Source: Candidatus Heimdallarchaeota archaeon (GTDB taxonomy: Archaea; Asgardarchaeota; Heimdallarchaeia; Heimdallarchaeales; Heimdallarchaeaceae). From it: DNA of 24,065 nucleotides. Both the position numbers and the translations under genes were made by a program. Location: the NCBI GenBank assembly GCA_021399395.1, contig JAAFKJ010000172.1, forward strand, positions 1 through 24,065, given 5' to 3'. The notes under the pieces are model-generated. The model made no database searches. It was not told the origin of the DNA and was given only the letters and a program-made list of their open reading frames with translations. Shown here in pieces: positions 15,250-24,065 of this stretch (its first letter is position 1; each line of letters begins with the position of its first letter).

Positions 15250-16707
15250 TTAGAGTATTCCGAATAGAGCTCTTACGATAGGGATAAGAACAGCTAAAGA
15301 TGCTAGAACCTTTGGTCCCCAGGCTTGTAAATAATATCGGACGTCTCTCACAACCCTTAGATTGAAAATCTGAGTTGATATAGGTTCATCATCAACAATC
15401 ATATCTAAAGCTATCAAATTAGATCCTATATTTTCTGAATGAGCAGAAATCCAAATACAAGTGCCAGTGAATAGAATAGCTGTGACTAATCTCACTAATT
15501 GACGTTTATCTTCAGATAAAAATTCAGAAGTGTCCTCTGGTATTGCCACAAAGGGATCAAAGGCGTTAATTGAGAAACCTATGTCGATGTCATGGGGTGA
15601 AAGATCATCAGCTCCCTTATAATTCATGAGTACCTTTTGCTCACCACTATCATCTTTTCGATTGAGAATAAAGAAAACAATATCTTGTGATTCTTCTTTC
15701 TTCTGAGTTGGGGGAACAGCTGAAATAACCCAGAAATCCTTAGCTTCTATTAATTCTGGTGTTTCTGTTAAAGTTAATATTGTTCTGTCGATAATTAAGA
15801 ATAATTCAGGAGTTTGTTTGGTTAAATGTGAAAAGATGTCTTTCCATACTTTTAGATTCAAGTCTTCGCCTTTCAATATCTCTTCTGTGTGTGACATCGG
15901 AACAATACGCTGTAATTCCCTTCTGAGATATTCTTTATCAAAAATTTTAGGAAAACGATAATTAAGATAGAGTAAAACAAGTACATTCTGAATGGCTAGT
16001 GGTTTTCGATTCGCTTCAGGTTTAAGATTCGGTGCGAATTCAGGAACTATTTGTTTAGAAATATGCTCGCTCCATTGAGAGAATCTTACTCGAGTAATTG
16101 GGTCAAGTAAAGTGTATATGCCATCATAAATCATCATATCCAAGATATAAGGGTGTCTAGAGGCTGTATAATATTTAACTAAACCTCCAACATTTAAACC
16201 AGTTAGAGTAGGAATTCTGATGATGAATGAAGCTGCAATTGCGAAAATAGTACAACTAATCGAAATATAGGTAGCTAATGTTTTTCCGTTTCCCTCTGAT
16301 AATGCAAACAATGCTTCGATGCCATCTGAAGCATGAACAGCAGCTGCATAAAATCCATAGGCTATGACTGCTAGAAAGAGAATAATTAGTAGATAGAGAT
16401 TACTTTGTTTGTACTTTCGTTCAAGATTCCTAAAACCAGCTGCGGAATTAATAGGTGTTCCTTCCTTAATAAGACCTCGAACTTCTCCATCAAAAGAAAG
16501 CGAAACCAGTACTCCATTGAAAGCAAGAATTAGACTGTTAGCAAGGAAAAGATACCACGCCAAATCTACTAACCAGCTGTAAGCATTTGCTGCTTCTATT
16601 TCGAAGTAGATAAGTCCAGCAATAACTCCTGCTGGGAAGATGAAAAGGAATACTCTTCCAATCCATCTAGAATAAAGATTGACCAATCTAGAAGTAACTG
16701 TAACCAT
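15250..16707 (-). CDS. Uncharacterised membrane protein (4 N-terminal TMs, soluble domain, C-terminal TM)
   Basis: Hydropathy pattern over 485 aa; no catalytic motif recognised. Confidence 0.8.
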   Translation of the reverse strand: MVTVTSRLVNLYSRWIGRVFLFIFPAGVIAGLIYFEIEAANAYSWLVDLAWYLFLANSLILAFNGVLVSLSFDGEVRGLIKEGTPINSAAGFRNLERKYKQSNLYLLIILFLAVIAYGFYAAAVHASDGIEALFALSEGNGKTLATYISISCTIFAIAASFIIRIPTLTGLNVGGLVKYYTASRHPYILDMMIYDGIYTLLDPITRVRFSQWSEHISKQIVPEFAPNLKPEANRKPLAIQNVLVLLYLNYRFPKIFDKEYLRRELQRIVPMSHTEEILKGEDLNLKVWKDIFSHLTKQTPELFLIIDRTILTLTETPELIEAKDFWVISAVPPTQKKEESQDIVFFILNRKDDSGEQKVLMNYKGADDLSPHDIDIGFSINAFDPFVAIPEDTSEFLSEDKRQLVRLVTAILFTGTCIWISAHSENIGSNLIALDMIVDDEPISTQIFNLRVVRDVRYYLQAWGPKVLASLAVLIPIVRALFGIL

Positions 16708-16872
16708 GGAAAAAAATAGTATTCAGTTGAATAAATACTTTGTGCAGAACTGATTTTCAAGTATAGCTTAGATATTATTGCCAATTCTCAAGGAAAGGTG
16801 GATAATCAAACCCGAGACAGTAAGAAAATTCAAGTTGAATCTAATGAGAAAAAGAAATTGAAAGAAGATTGT

Positions 16873-18753
16873 TTATCTTCTTCTTATTACTTGAACTAGA
16901 GGTGCCCAAACACCCGAAAATATGGTGTTTTCCATGGGTTCTTCATTTAAAGCTTTAGGGATGAATGAAGGAGTAAGCTCTTCAATATCAAATGGAGTTA
17001 ATGATAGATAATTTACAATGGGCAAAGTTATCCTAGACATATGTGTTGCATCTAGGAAAATGCTATTGTTTGCAGTATATGTGGTTGTATTGCTCCACAA
17101 AGCATCTCCAGTATTAGGATTTGTTTCAAATCTTTCATAATTTGAACTTGAGATGTCAACTCTGAATCTATGCCCTTCATTGAACAAATAAGCAGTACTA
17201 TCCAAAGGAATTGAAATTTCATAAATCTCTCCAGGTGTTAGAAATTCCCAGTTAGTTATACTGTTTCTATTTCTAGCCCTTACAATTGTATCTGTAACTA
17301 TCATTGAGCTGTTGTCTGGGAAAACATCAGTTATTTTGACTGTGAAATCTGTGTCGGTACAATTAGAACTTACATAGATTGTTGCTTGCATCTGACCAAC
17401 AATTGTTAATGGTTCAGTTAAAATTGCTGTTGAAAAACTAAGGACATCATCACGTAGCTCAAGAGAAGCTTGATCATAGATACCAGCTGGAAGAGCTAAA
17501 TTACCGCCACCTATAGTATCAACTGGATTATTTGGATCATAAAGATAGCTTAGAGAATCTTCAACTGTGAGACTTGGATTTTCTAACAAACTGAAATTGG
17601 ACTGTAGGTAGAGATCATAAGGTGTAGATAGTATCGGCCATTCCTCAGCTTGATACCAATTATTCCCTAGTTGGCTGGGATTATAAGGTAATGAACTTGT
17701 AAGATAATACGTAATATTTGGAAAAGAATCCCAAAGAGTTGAATTATTTTTTAACCACTTTTCGAAAAGAGCATCATTTGCTTTGAACATCATACTCAGA
17801 TCTTGATTTGGGAATGTGAATTCTCCAGTTGCAGCACCAAACATGCCGCCATGAACCCAAGGCCCCATGATTAATTTAGCATTACCTTGTGCTCCAACTC
17901 CTCCACTATGCTGATACCCATAGTAAGCATCAATTGTGTTCTGAGTGAAAATATCATACCATCCACCTATATGTAACGAAGCAACATGAATGTCGGAGTA
18001 ATTGGCCTCTATGTTCAACGCATCCCAGATGGGATTATATTTTTCATTTTCTTGAAGCATATCAAAACTTTCTTGAGGAAACTGATTTGCTTCCATCCAA
18101 GGAATAAATAGTTCACTTCTTAATTCTCCACCTCTGAAACCTGCGTTATAAACATTTGGTGTTGCTACAATTGGCAGTTGACATTTGAGCGAATCAGGTG
18201 CTTTAGGTGCCATAAGATATTGGGCAATCCCCAGTGCAGAAGGACCCCAAGTTCCTATTTTTCCATTACACCAAGGTTGCTCAGTTATCCAAATCAGAGA
18301 AATTTGACCATCTACTTGCTCAGTTATAAATGGTAAAGATTTTTCGCCTTCTGAATCGTAGAACCCTCTAAAATCTTGTATCACCACTGCATATCCTGTT
18401 TGTGTATAAGACGCCATGAGTGTGAGGGCATCTTTAGCATAGGGTGTTCTTATAAAAATTACTGGAAGCGCATTGTCAAGATTCGAAGGAAGATAGACAT
18501 CAGTAGCTAATCCAACATTATCTACCATTTTGACCGAATAAGGAACTTTGATGTAATCTGAATACATTGTGCTATTTTGAGGGAATTGCCAATCTATACC
18601 CGTTGGTTGAGGAAATTGTTTGGGAATAAAAACGATCAACACTGTACAAACTGAAGCAATAACTATTGCGGAAGAAATCATTATAGCTATGGTTTTGGTT
18701 TTCACAATCAGAAATAGTAAAGGTAGAATATAATTTTTTGGTAGACTAATCAA
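16873..18753 (-). CDS. CocE/NonD family serine hydrolase (peptidase S15-like), exported or membrane-anchored
   Basis: RTPY, QDFRG..SEG, QPWCNGKIGTWGPSALG, GGWYD, GPWVHG, YDPNNPV, DTDFTVK, GHRFRVDISSSNY. The likely start is later (GTG 18705). Confidence 0.93.
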   Translation of the reverse strand: MISLPKNYILPLLFLIVKTKTIAIMISSAIVIASVCTVLIVFIPKQFPQPTGIDWQFPQNSTMYSDYIKVPYSVKMVDNVGLATDVYLPSNLDNALPVIFIRTPYAKDALTLMASYTQTGYAVVIQDFRGFYDSEGEKSLPFITEQVDGQISLIWITEQPWCNGKIGTWGPSALGIAQYLMAPKAPDSLKCQLPIVATPNVYNAGFRGGELRSELFIPWMEANQFPQESFDMLQENEKYNPIWDALNIEANYSDIHVASLHIGGWYDIFTQNTIDAYYGYQHSGGVGAQGNAKLIMGPWVHGGMFGAATGEFTFPNQDLSMMFKANDALFEKWLKNNSTLWDSFPNITYYLTSSLPYNPSQLGNNWYQAEEWPILSTPYDLYLQSNFSLLENPSLTVEDSLSYLYDPNNPVDTIGGGNLALPAGIYDQASLELRDDVLSFSTAILTEPLTIVGQMQATIYVSSNCTDTDFTVKITDVFPDNSSMIVTDTIVRARNRNSITNWEFLTPGEIYEISIPLDSTAYLFNEGHRFRVDISSSNYERFETNPNTGDALWSNTTTYTANNSIFLDATHMSRITLPIVNYLSLTPFDIEELTPSFIPKALNEEPMENTIFSGVWAPLVQVIRRR

Positions 18754-18757
18754 AAAC

Positions 18758-19417
18758 TTATTTGAAACATTTTCCTAGATTCTCATAAAGATCTTTTTTA
18801 GATATGACTAAACCAAGCCAAGTCACGAAATCCATTAGGTATGTTCCCTCGTCTCCATCAGTTGGGACATTCATTAGCTTCTCGATTGCTTCCAAAGATG
18901 TATTCTCAAAATTGCTTATTAACGTCTCAGTACTAGTCTCTGTTAAATCAATAAGAATCTTTTCAAGACATTTTAAATTAGGAGTCTTTCCTCCATATTG
19001 ATGTTTAAATACCTCACCAATGAATTCGGTTAGACCCTCTCGTCGTTTAAGTAATTCTCCTGAAGCAGAATTGTGAAAAGGAGTATTGTGAGTACCAATA
19101 AGAAAGAATTTTGCGGTTACTCCAAATAGAGTTTCAGTTTTTAAATCATCAACGTAAATACGCTTACCCACCTGAGTAACCATATCTAAATCTTTCAGTT
19201 TACCTAAATACCTGTAAATAGTCTTATCTGATTTCTCTTCTACTTCTTTGCTCTTCTTGAATTCCTTAATTATGTCTTTGACAGTTAAAGGTCCAAGTTT
19301 GTTGAGAATATTTCTGAGAAATAACAGGTTCTGATCACGAAAAGTAGTATCATCTCTTGGTGTGAAAATGTGTTTAATGGGTTTAGGTTCCAAAGTTTTG
19401 AAATCTTGATATTCCAT
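18758..19417 (-). CDS. Winged-helix transcriptional regulator
   Basis: GPLTVKDI...KSDKTIYRYLGKLKDLDMVTQVGKR...ETLFGVTAKFF; SD GAGGT; divergent from the permease. Confidence 0.8.
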   Translation of the reverse strand: MEYQDFKTLEPKPIKHIFTPRDDTTFRDQNLLFLRNILNKLGPLTVKDIIKEFKKSKEVEEKSDKTIYRYLGKLKDLDMVTQVGKRIYVDDLKTETLFGVTAKFFLIGTHNTPFHNSASGELLKRREGLTEFIGEVFKHQYGGKTPNLKCLEKILIDLTETSTETLISNFENTSLEAIEKLMNVPTDGDEGTYLMDFVTWLGLVISKKDLYENLGKCFK

Positions 19418-19510
19418 GAATTAACCTCAAATCTTTATTTCTCATTTAGTGGAAACAACTTTCTTAGTTTAATGAAACGTCGGCTCATTTATAAATATAT
19501 TCTTACCTTT

Positions 19511-19529
19511 GTGAGAAATCAGTTCTCAC
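19511..19529. promoter_or_regulatory. Operator-like perfect palindrome GTGAGAA-N5-TTCTCAC between divergent TATA boxes
   Basis: Lies between TTTATAAA (19488-19495) and TTTTTAAG (19540-19547). Confidence 0.7.
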
Positions 19530-19664
19530 GCCCGTAAGATTTTTAAGTGCGGGTGCGCGGTGATGTCTAACAGTTGAAAACTGGTTTGCATATTGGACGG
19601 AAGAAAGCCAATTTTCAGAATATATACGTTACAAAAAAATTATAAACGCACCAAGGTCACTCAC

Positions 19665-22600
19665 ATGGTTATATTGTCTAGAAAGAAACTGATATTTTCA
19701 CTATTTTCACTTATACTTATAGGTTCATTTTTGATTAGTCCAGCACAAGCTCAAGAGAATGAAGATCTGCTATATTTAACAGATACGATATCTGATGGAG
19801 GAGTATTAGAATCTGAAGTTATAATTGATGGGAACGGGAATCTTCATACTTTTATGATAGTTAAGAATAGTAATGGAACAAGGTTAGTTCATCTTTACTA
19901 TATTGAGGGTGTAATGAATTTTGATGTGATTGAGGAGTCCGCGCAAGGAGTTCATTTGTTTATCAGCTATGTTGTTGGTACAAAAGCTGGTATTGTCTAT
20001 TCTATAGATATTGGACCTGGAGCAAAAGATTTCAGGGTATATGAGAAACAAGATAGTTATGTCAACAATGCTTTGATATTTCATCTAACTTCAGAATTAG
20101 CTACTTGGTATGTTGACTACTATAAATTTCTCTTCGAAGATGGTTTGATTCATGGTTTTCATAATCATTTTTGGGGAGGAGACATGCAATTTATGAACAT
20201 CACTCACTACTATGGACCACCAAGTGGAACTATACTAAGTGAATCATTCTTTATTGCTGATTCAAATACTAAAAGTGCTATTGACATTGTGATTGATGAA
20301 TTTTCAAACCTCTGGTATATCTATGAATTAAGACAAGACGATTATGGTATAGGTATAGGCGAGTTGGATGACCTTAGTTACGGTCTAATTCCTGTAGCTA
20401 CTAGAATCTTTAGTGGAGTTCTCTATGATGTTCCAAAATTCATGGCAACCAGTTGTGATCCAGTTGATGGGCTTCTACAATTTGTATTCGTTAATCCCTA
20501 TAAGCTGTTTTGGGGATATTTCAATGGTATTTCTATCGCTGAAGACGTTCAATCAACTTTTTATATAGACCCAATAGATTTTGAGTTCAATATAGATGAT
20601 ACCGCAACATCAGTTTTAGTATTAGATTTAGTCGATGATAATATTTTGAACCTCTATCATTTTACCTTAACAGGTATTTCTTGGGGAGTCCAGAGCATTC
20701 AATCTGATGAAAAAATATTGGAAGATCAATATTCAGTATTTTTGGAAGGAGTTAATTTTGTTGTTATTTTCTCTACAAATATTAACACGAATCCCTATGG
20801 ACCAGATTCTCCTCTTGCTTTCAGGGAGAAGACTGGTTTAGCTCTATTCGTACTAGCAAATATAATATTAGAAACAGAATTGTATATTGAATCTCTCGAA
20901 GTCTATAATCCAATTATAGAGTTCTTTGTCACAAAATGGTGGGTTCTCGTTATTATTGGTGGAATATTAGTAATACTAGGACTAATCCTATGGGTAGCTC
21001 TCAAAAGGAGAAAGAAGGAAATTCATGCATTTCTCACAGATACTCAAGTCGGAGAAAACAAGTCAAGGTTTGCTCTTCTCTTCCTGAATATAGGTCGATT
21101 GATAAGAAATGGATTCAGTACAATTTTTACGATTTGGTTGTCAAATAAAAAACGTTCAATACTAACTTTAGCTGGTTTTATCATCACTGGCTATCTTCTA
21201 AGTTCGGCTGTAATAATAGCTCAAAGTGAAGAATCAGCAATGATTAAAGCTTTTGATAAATCATTCCCACTAATTGCAGATGGAGAAATATCTGCAAGGT
21301 TGGAGACTTCATTTATTACGGGTAATTATTCTCTAATTCAACCTTCTTATGGTACTGATGCTAGAAATGAGATACTTGATTTATATCATGGTTTAACAGT
21401 GGATAATTACATTGAAGACTTATTATCTGGGTATAGAACTATCGTACGAGTGTACAAAACTTTCGGATCAGCAGATCTCAGTTTCGTAGGATTACCTGAT
21501 GGCTGTGATGAATTTCTAGATACTATGTTGGTTTCTGGAAGATTGCCGATTAATGATACTGAAGTTTTAATTACAGATGCACTTTCTACTTCAACCGGTG
21601 TTGATATAAATGAAACTTTGACAATAGGTGGTTGGGCTGACTTCTGGGTAGGCTGGACAGGGGCTCCCGCTGATGAAGACGACTATAAAATTAATTGTAC
21701 AGTTGTTGGAATTTTTGAAAGAATTAGTGTTGGACAAGCCAAAAGGGTTTCCGAGCATCTAGGTGTCCCCTATGATATCTATACTATAGCATCAGAAAAC
21801 GCTGAAATTATAACAATACAAGACAATTTCTTCGAAATCTTATCGAATGGGAACAAGATGCATCTAGGAATGTGGGGTTACTATCAGCTGTTGATGAATT
21901 TTGATGAATTCAGTATAACTGATCGAGCTACTTTAGTCGAGGAACAAGATGAAATGCAACAAAAGATATACACTTTTAGTTTCGATCCTTCTTCTACAAT
22001 AAGCACACAAGTTATCGATGAACTTAATGATGAAGAAACAACTGAACTAAAACTCTTCTTTGAATCATTTAATGCTTATTACTTGAACAATATGGCCAGA
22101 TTGTTGATTTTTGCAATACCAGCAATTTTGCTTTCGATATTTATGGTGTTTGAATCTTCAGATCTCTTCTCATCAAGCTATGAACAAGAGATGGAGATTC
22201 TTAGAAATAGAGGTATATCAACTGGAAGGTTATTCAGTATGTATCTCATAATACGGCTTGCGGAGATTATAGTAGCAAGTCTTGCAAGTTTTGGAATAGC
22301 TATTGGAACAGCAATTCCTCTAATTAAAATTGATGGTTTCATATCATTTACTAATACTGATACTCATCTAGTAATTGGTAATATTCCAACTACGTTAGGA
22401 ATGATTGCGGGTGTGCTATTCATTGTATCAGTACCTCGAATATTGATACTTGTAAGAAGAAAGAGGAAAATTGAAAAAGCACCAAGAATCGCTAGAATGA
22501 AAATTAAGAAGGAACCAGAACCAACATTTGACATTCCAAAAGACGAAATTATAGTAGGAGAAAGTAAAACAGCAGGTAAGAGTTTAGCAGATGGCTATAC

Positions 22601-24062
22601 TGAAAAAGAAACAGAAACAACAATAACTTCTGTTCTTAATTACTTGGTGAAATCTAAATTACTGTCATGGAGAGATATTTTCTTCCTGGGTCTAGGAATA
22701 GGATTGTTTTACTTCTTCTTTAATAGGGCATTCATAGCTTTTGACACTCAAGCAGTTGATGATTTTACAATTTACCTATTCTTGACTATAGCAGGAGCAA
22801 TCTTTACTCTTATTGGTGGATTACCTTTTGCTGTAAAATTATTGGGACTAATTCAAAGATCTATTAGTGCATTAGTTTGGAGGTACAAAAAATCCCGATT
22901 CAGCTTCTCACTTGCTGAAATTGGTAAAGATATCAGGCATTTTGAGAATATTACATTGATTTTCTTATTGGTAGTGTTGATTATAGTACCAGTGCTAGTT
23001 GTTCCATATTCTAAAGAAACGACATTGACAGAACAAGCATACTTCATGAATGGAACTGACATCAGATTAATGAATTGGGATGATGTCGACATCATATCAG
23101 TAAACGATCTTGATTCTATCCCCCAGATAAGAAGTTATACACACATTGAAGAATATACGCTCTACGGTGGGGATTATGATCATGCGCGTCTACTTGTCGT
23201 GAATGTTACGGATTTTATGAAAACGATGACGGTTCCATCTGCAAGTGTCACGACTCTTGATTGGAATTTAATTGCATTACTGAATGAATCTAATATTTTA
23301 ATTTCCAACCCAATGAAGACTGAGTTACAGAAACCAATTGGTGGAACGTTAGATTTCGAATATTTATCTAATATACATACTATGACCATTTTGGGTAATT
23401 TTAATCTATTTCCAGTGTTTTACTCAAACTGGGATTTATATAACGAAGAACACATGATGATTATTTCTACAGAAGCATTTGAAATTATTGATCCTATAGT
23501 TAATAGGAGATTAAAGTTCAAAGATGAGATATTCATAAGAACATATTATGAAAAGGATGCACAAGTAGTGGTAGATAAACTCTATGCAATTGAACAAGGA
23601 TTAACAGTCGATACTATGTCCGAGGTGAAATCTAAACTTAAGACACCATTATACAACATCTTCATAATAGAAATGCTACTGTCGCTATTTGTTGCAACTG
23701 GAGTACTGATATTCTCCACATTTACAACAGCAATAAAGATACTAGAAAAGAGAGTAATCAAACATGATATCATGAAGAAGATGGGTATAAACTCATCGAA
23801 AATAATATCGATGTCTACGGTGCAAACGATGCTAGCAGCGATAGGACCGGCTTTAGCGATTGGGGCAATAGTAGGATTTAATGTAATAGGTCCTGTATTG
23901 AAACAGTTGAACTATGGAGCAGTTCCTTACAAGTTTTACATTAACTATCCATATATTATGATATCCGTTCTATTTGTAGGAATACCGTTACTGATCTATC
24001 TTAGCTTAAACTACTTCCTGAAAAAGGAATTTGGTAAATATGCACCAACAATGATGGAGTAA
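19665..24062 (+). CDS. Large FtsX/MacB-family ABC transporter permease with an extra N-terminal extracellular domain
   Basis: Signal peptide from ATG 19665 (MVILSRKKLIFSLFSLILIGSFLISPAQA); LVSGRLPINDTEVLI, EMEILRNRGIS, QAYFMNGTDIR, DIMKKMGINS; two extracellular-domain/FtsX modules. The track start at 19593 (TTG) is probably too early. Confidence 0.9.
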   Translation: MVILSRKKLIFSLFSLILIGSFLISPAQAQENEDLLYLTDTISDGGVLESEVIIDGNGNLHTFMIVKNSNGTRLVHLYYIEGVMNFDVIEESAQGVHLFISYVVGTKAGIVYSIDIGPGAKDFRVYEKQDSYVNNALIFHLTSELATWYVDYYKFLFEDGLIHGFHNHFWGGDMQFMNITHYYGPPSGTILSESFFIADSNTKSAIDIVIDEFSNLWYIYELRQDDYGIGIGELDDLSYGLIPVATRIFSGVLYDVPKFMATSCDPVDGLLQFVFVNPYKLFWGYFNGISIAEDVQSTFYIDPIDFEFNIDDTATSVLVLDLVDDNILNLYHFTLTGISWGVQSIQSDEKILEDQYSVFLEGVNFVVIFSTNINTNPYGPDSPLAFREKTGLALFVLANIILETELYIESLEVYNPIIEFFVTKWWVLVIIGGILVILGLILWVALKRRKKEIHAFLTDTQVGENKSRFALLFLNIGRLIRNGFSTIFTIWLSNKKRSILTLAGFIITGYLLSSAVIIAQSEESAMIKAFDKSFPLIADGEISARLETSFITGNYSLIQPSYGTDARNEILDLYHGLTVDNYIEDLLSGYRTIVRVYKTFGSADLSFVGLPDGCDEFLDTMLVSGRLPINDTEVLITDALSTSTGVDINETLTIGGWADFWVGWTGAPADEDDYKINCTVVGIFERISVGQAKRVSEHLGVPYDIYTIASENAEIITIQDNFFEILSNGNKMHLGMWGYYQLLMNFDEFSITDRATLVEEQDEMQQKIYTFSFDPSSTISTQVIDELNDEETTELKLFFESFNAYYLNNMARLLIFAIPAILLSIFMVFESSDLFSSSYEQEMEILRNRGISTGRLFSMYLIIRLAEIIVASLASFGIAIGTAIPLIKIDGFISFTNTDTHLVIGNIPTTLGMIAGVLFIVSVPRILILVRRKRKIEKAPRIARMKIKKEPEPTFDIPKDEIIVGESKTAGKSLADGYTEKETETTITSVLNYLVKSKLLSWRDIFFLGLGIGLFYFFFNRAFIAFDTQAVDDFTIYLFLTIAGAIFTLIGGLPFAVKLLGLIQRSISALVWRYKKSRFSFSLAEIGKDIRHFENITLIFLLVVLIIVPVLVVPYSKETTLTEQAYFMNGTDIRLMNWDDVDIISVNDLDSIPQIRSYTHIEEYTLYGGDYDHARLLVVNVTDFMKTMTVPSASVTTLDWNLIALLNESNILISNPMKTELQKPIGGTLDFEYLSNIHTMTILGNFNLFPVFYSNWDLYNEEHMMIISTEAFEIIDPIVNRRLKFKDEIFIRTYYEKDAQVVVDKLYAIEQGLTVDTMSEVKSKLKTPLYNIFIIEMLLSLFVATGVLIFSTFTTAIKILEKRVIKHDIMKKMGINSSKIISMSTVQTMLAAIGPALAIGAIVGFNVIGPVLKQLNYGAVPYKFYINYPYIMISVLFVGIPLLIYLSLNYFLKKEFGKYAPTMME

Positions 24063-24065
24063 TGA

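Noticed and set aside
19555-19620. C/D-box sRNA, fluoride riboswitch or tRNA in the GC-rich intergenic patch
   Set aside because: GTGATGT is only a partial C box with no CTGA D box, and there is no riboswitch consensus or cloverleaf.
2302-23773. Short antisense or nested ORFs in the track (2302, 4196, 4405, 4707, 5209, 5367, 7036, 7066, 7534, 7698, 7783, 10644, 11784, 16596, 18804, 19884, 20936, 22853, 23180, 23582)
   Set aside because: They overlap well-supported genes or low-complexity terminator DNA and show no motifs.

Overview
AT-rich archaeal chromosomal segment, most consistent with an Asgard (Heimdallarchaeia-like) genome. That assignment is inferred from a longin-like fusion, a small GTPase, C-terminally anchored surface proteins, TATA boxes at -23 to -30 of leaderless starts and U-rich terminators. 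Left to right: (1) the 5' part of a solo IS200/IS605-family tnpB on the minus strand, absent from the ORF track, with a rearranged-type RuvC-II and a hairpin just upstream; (2) an NAD-kinase-like protein with degenerate catalytic motifs fused to a winged HTH; (3) a cassette of a small GTPase, two orphan ORFs and a compact serine recombinase, where the orphan pair is bracketed by a 13/15-bp inverted repeat and palindromes; (4) housekeeping or accessory genes (surface protein, eIF2B-like, alpha/beta hydrolase, DMT/NIPA transporter, MTA/SAH-deaminase-like amidohydrolase); (5) a 7TM-longin fusion; (6) two tandem PT-linker surface-protein paralogs, one interrupted by an in-frame TAA in its signal peptide; (7) methyltransferase, AmrS-type radical SAM enzyme, membrane protein and CocE/NonD hydrolase; (8) a wHTH regulator divergent from a very large FtsX/MacB permease that has an extra N-terminal extracellular domain, with an operator palindrome and a structured leader between them. 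The best candidates for an undescribed system are the recombinase/inverted-repeat cassette and the NAD(P)-sensing pseudokinase regulator. All family calls come from manual motif reading; no searches were run.
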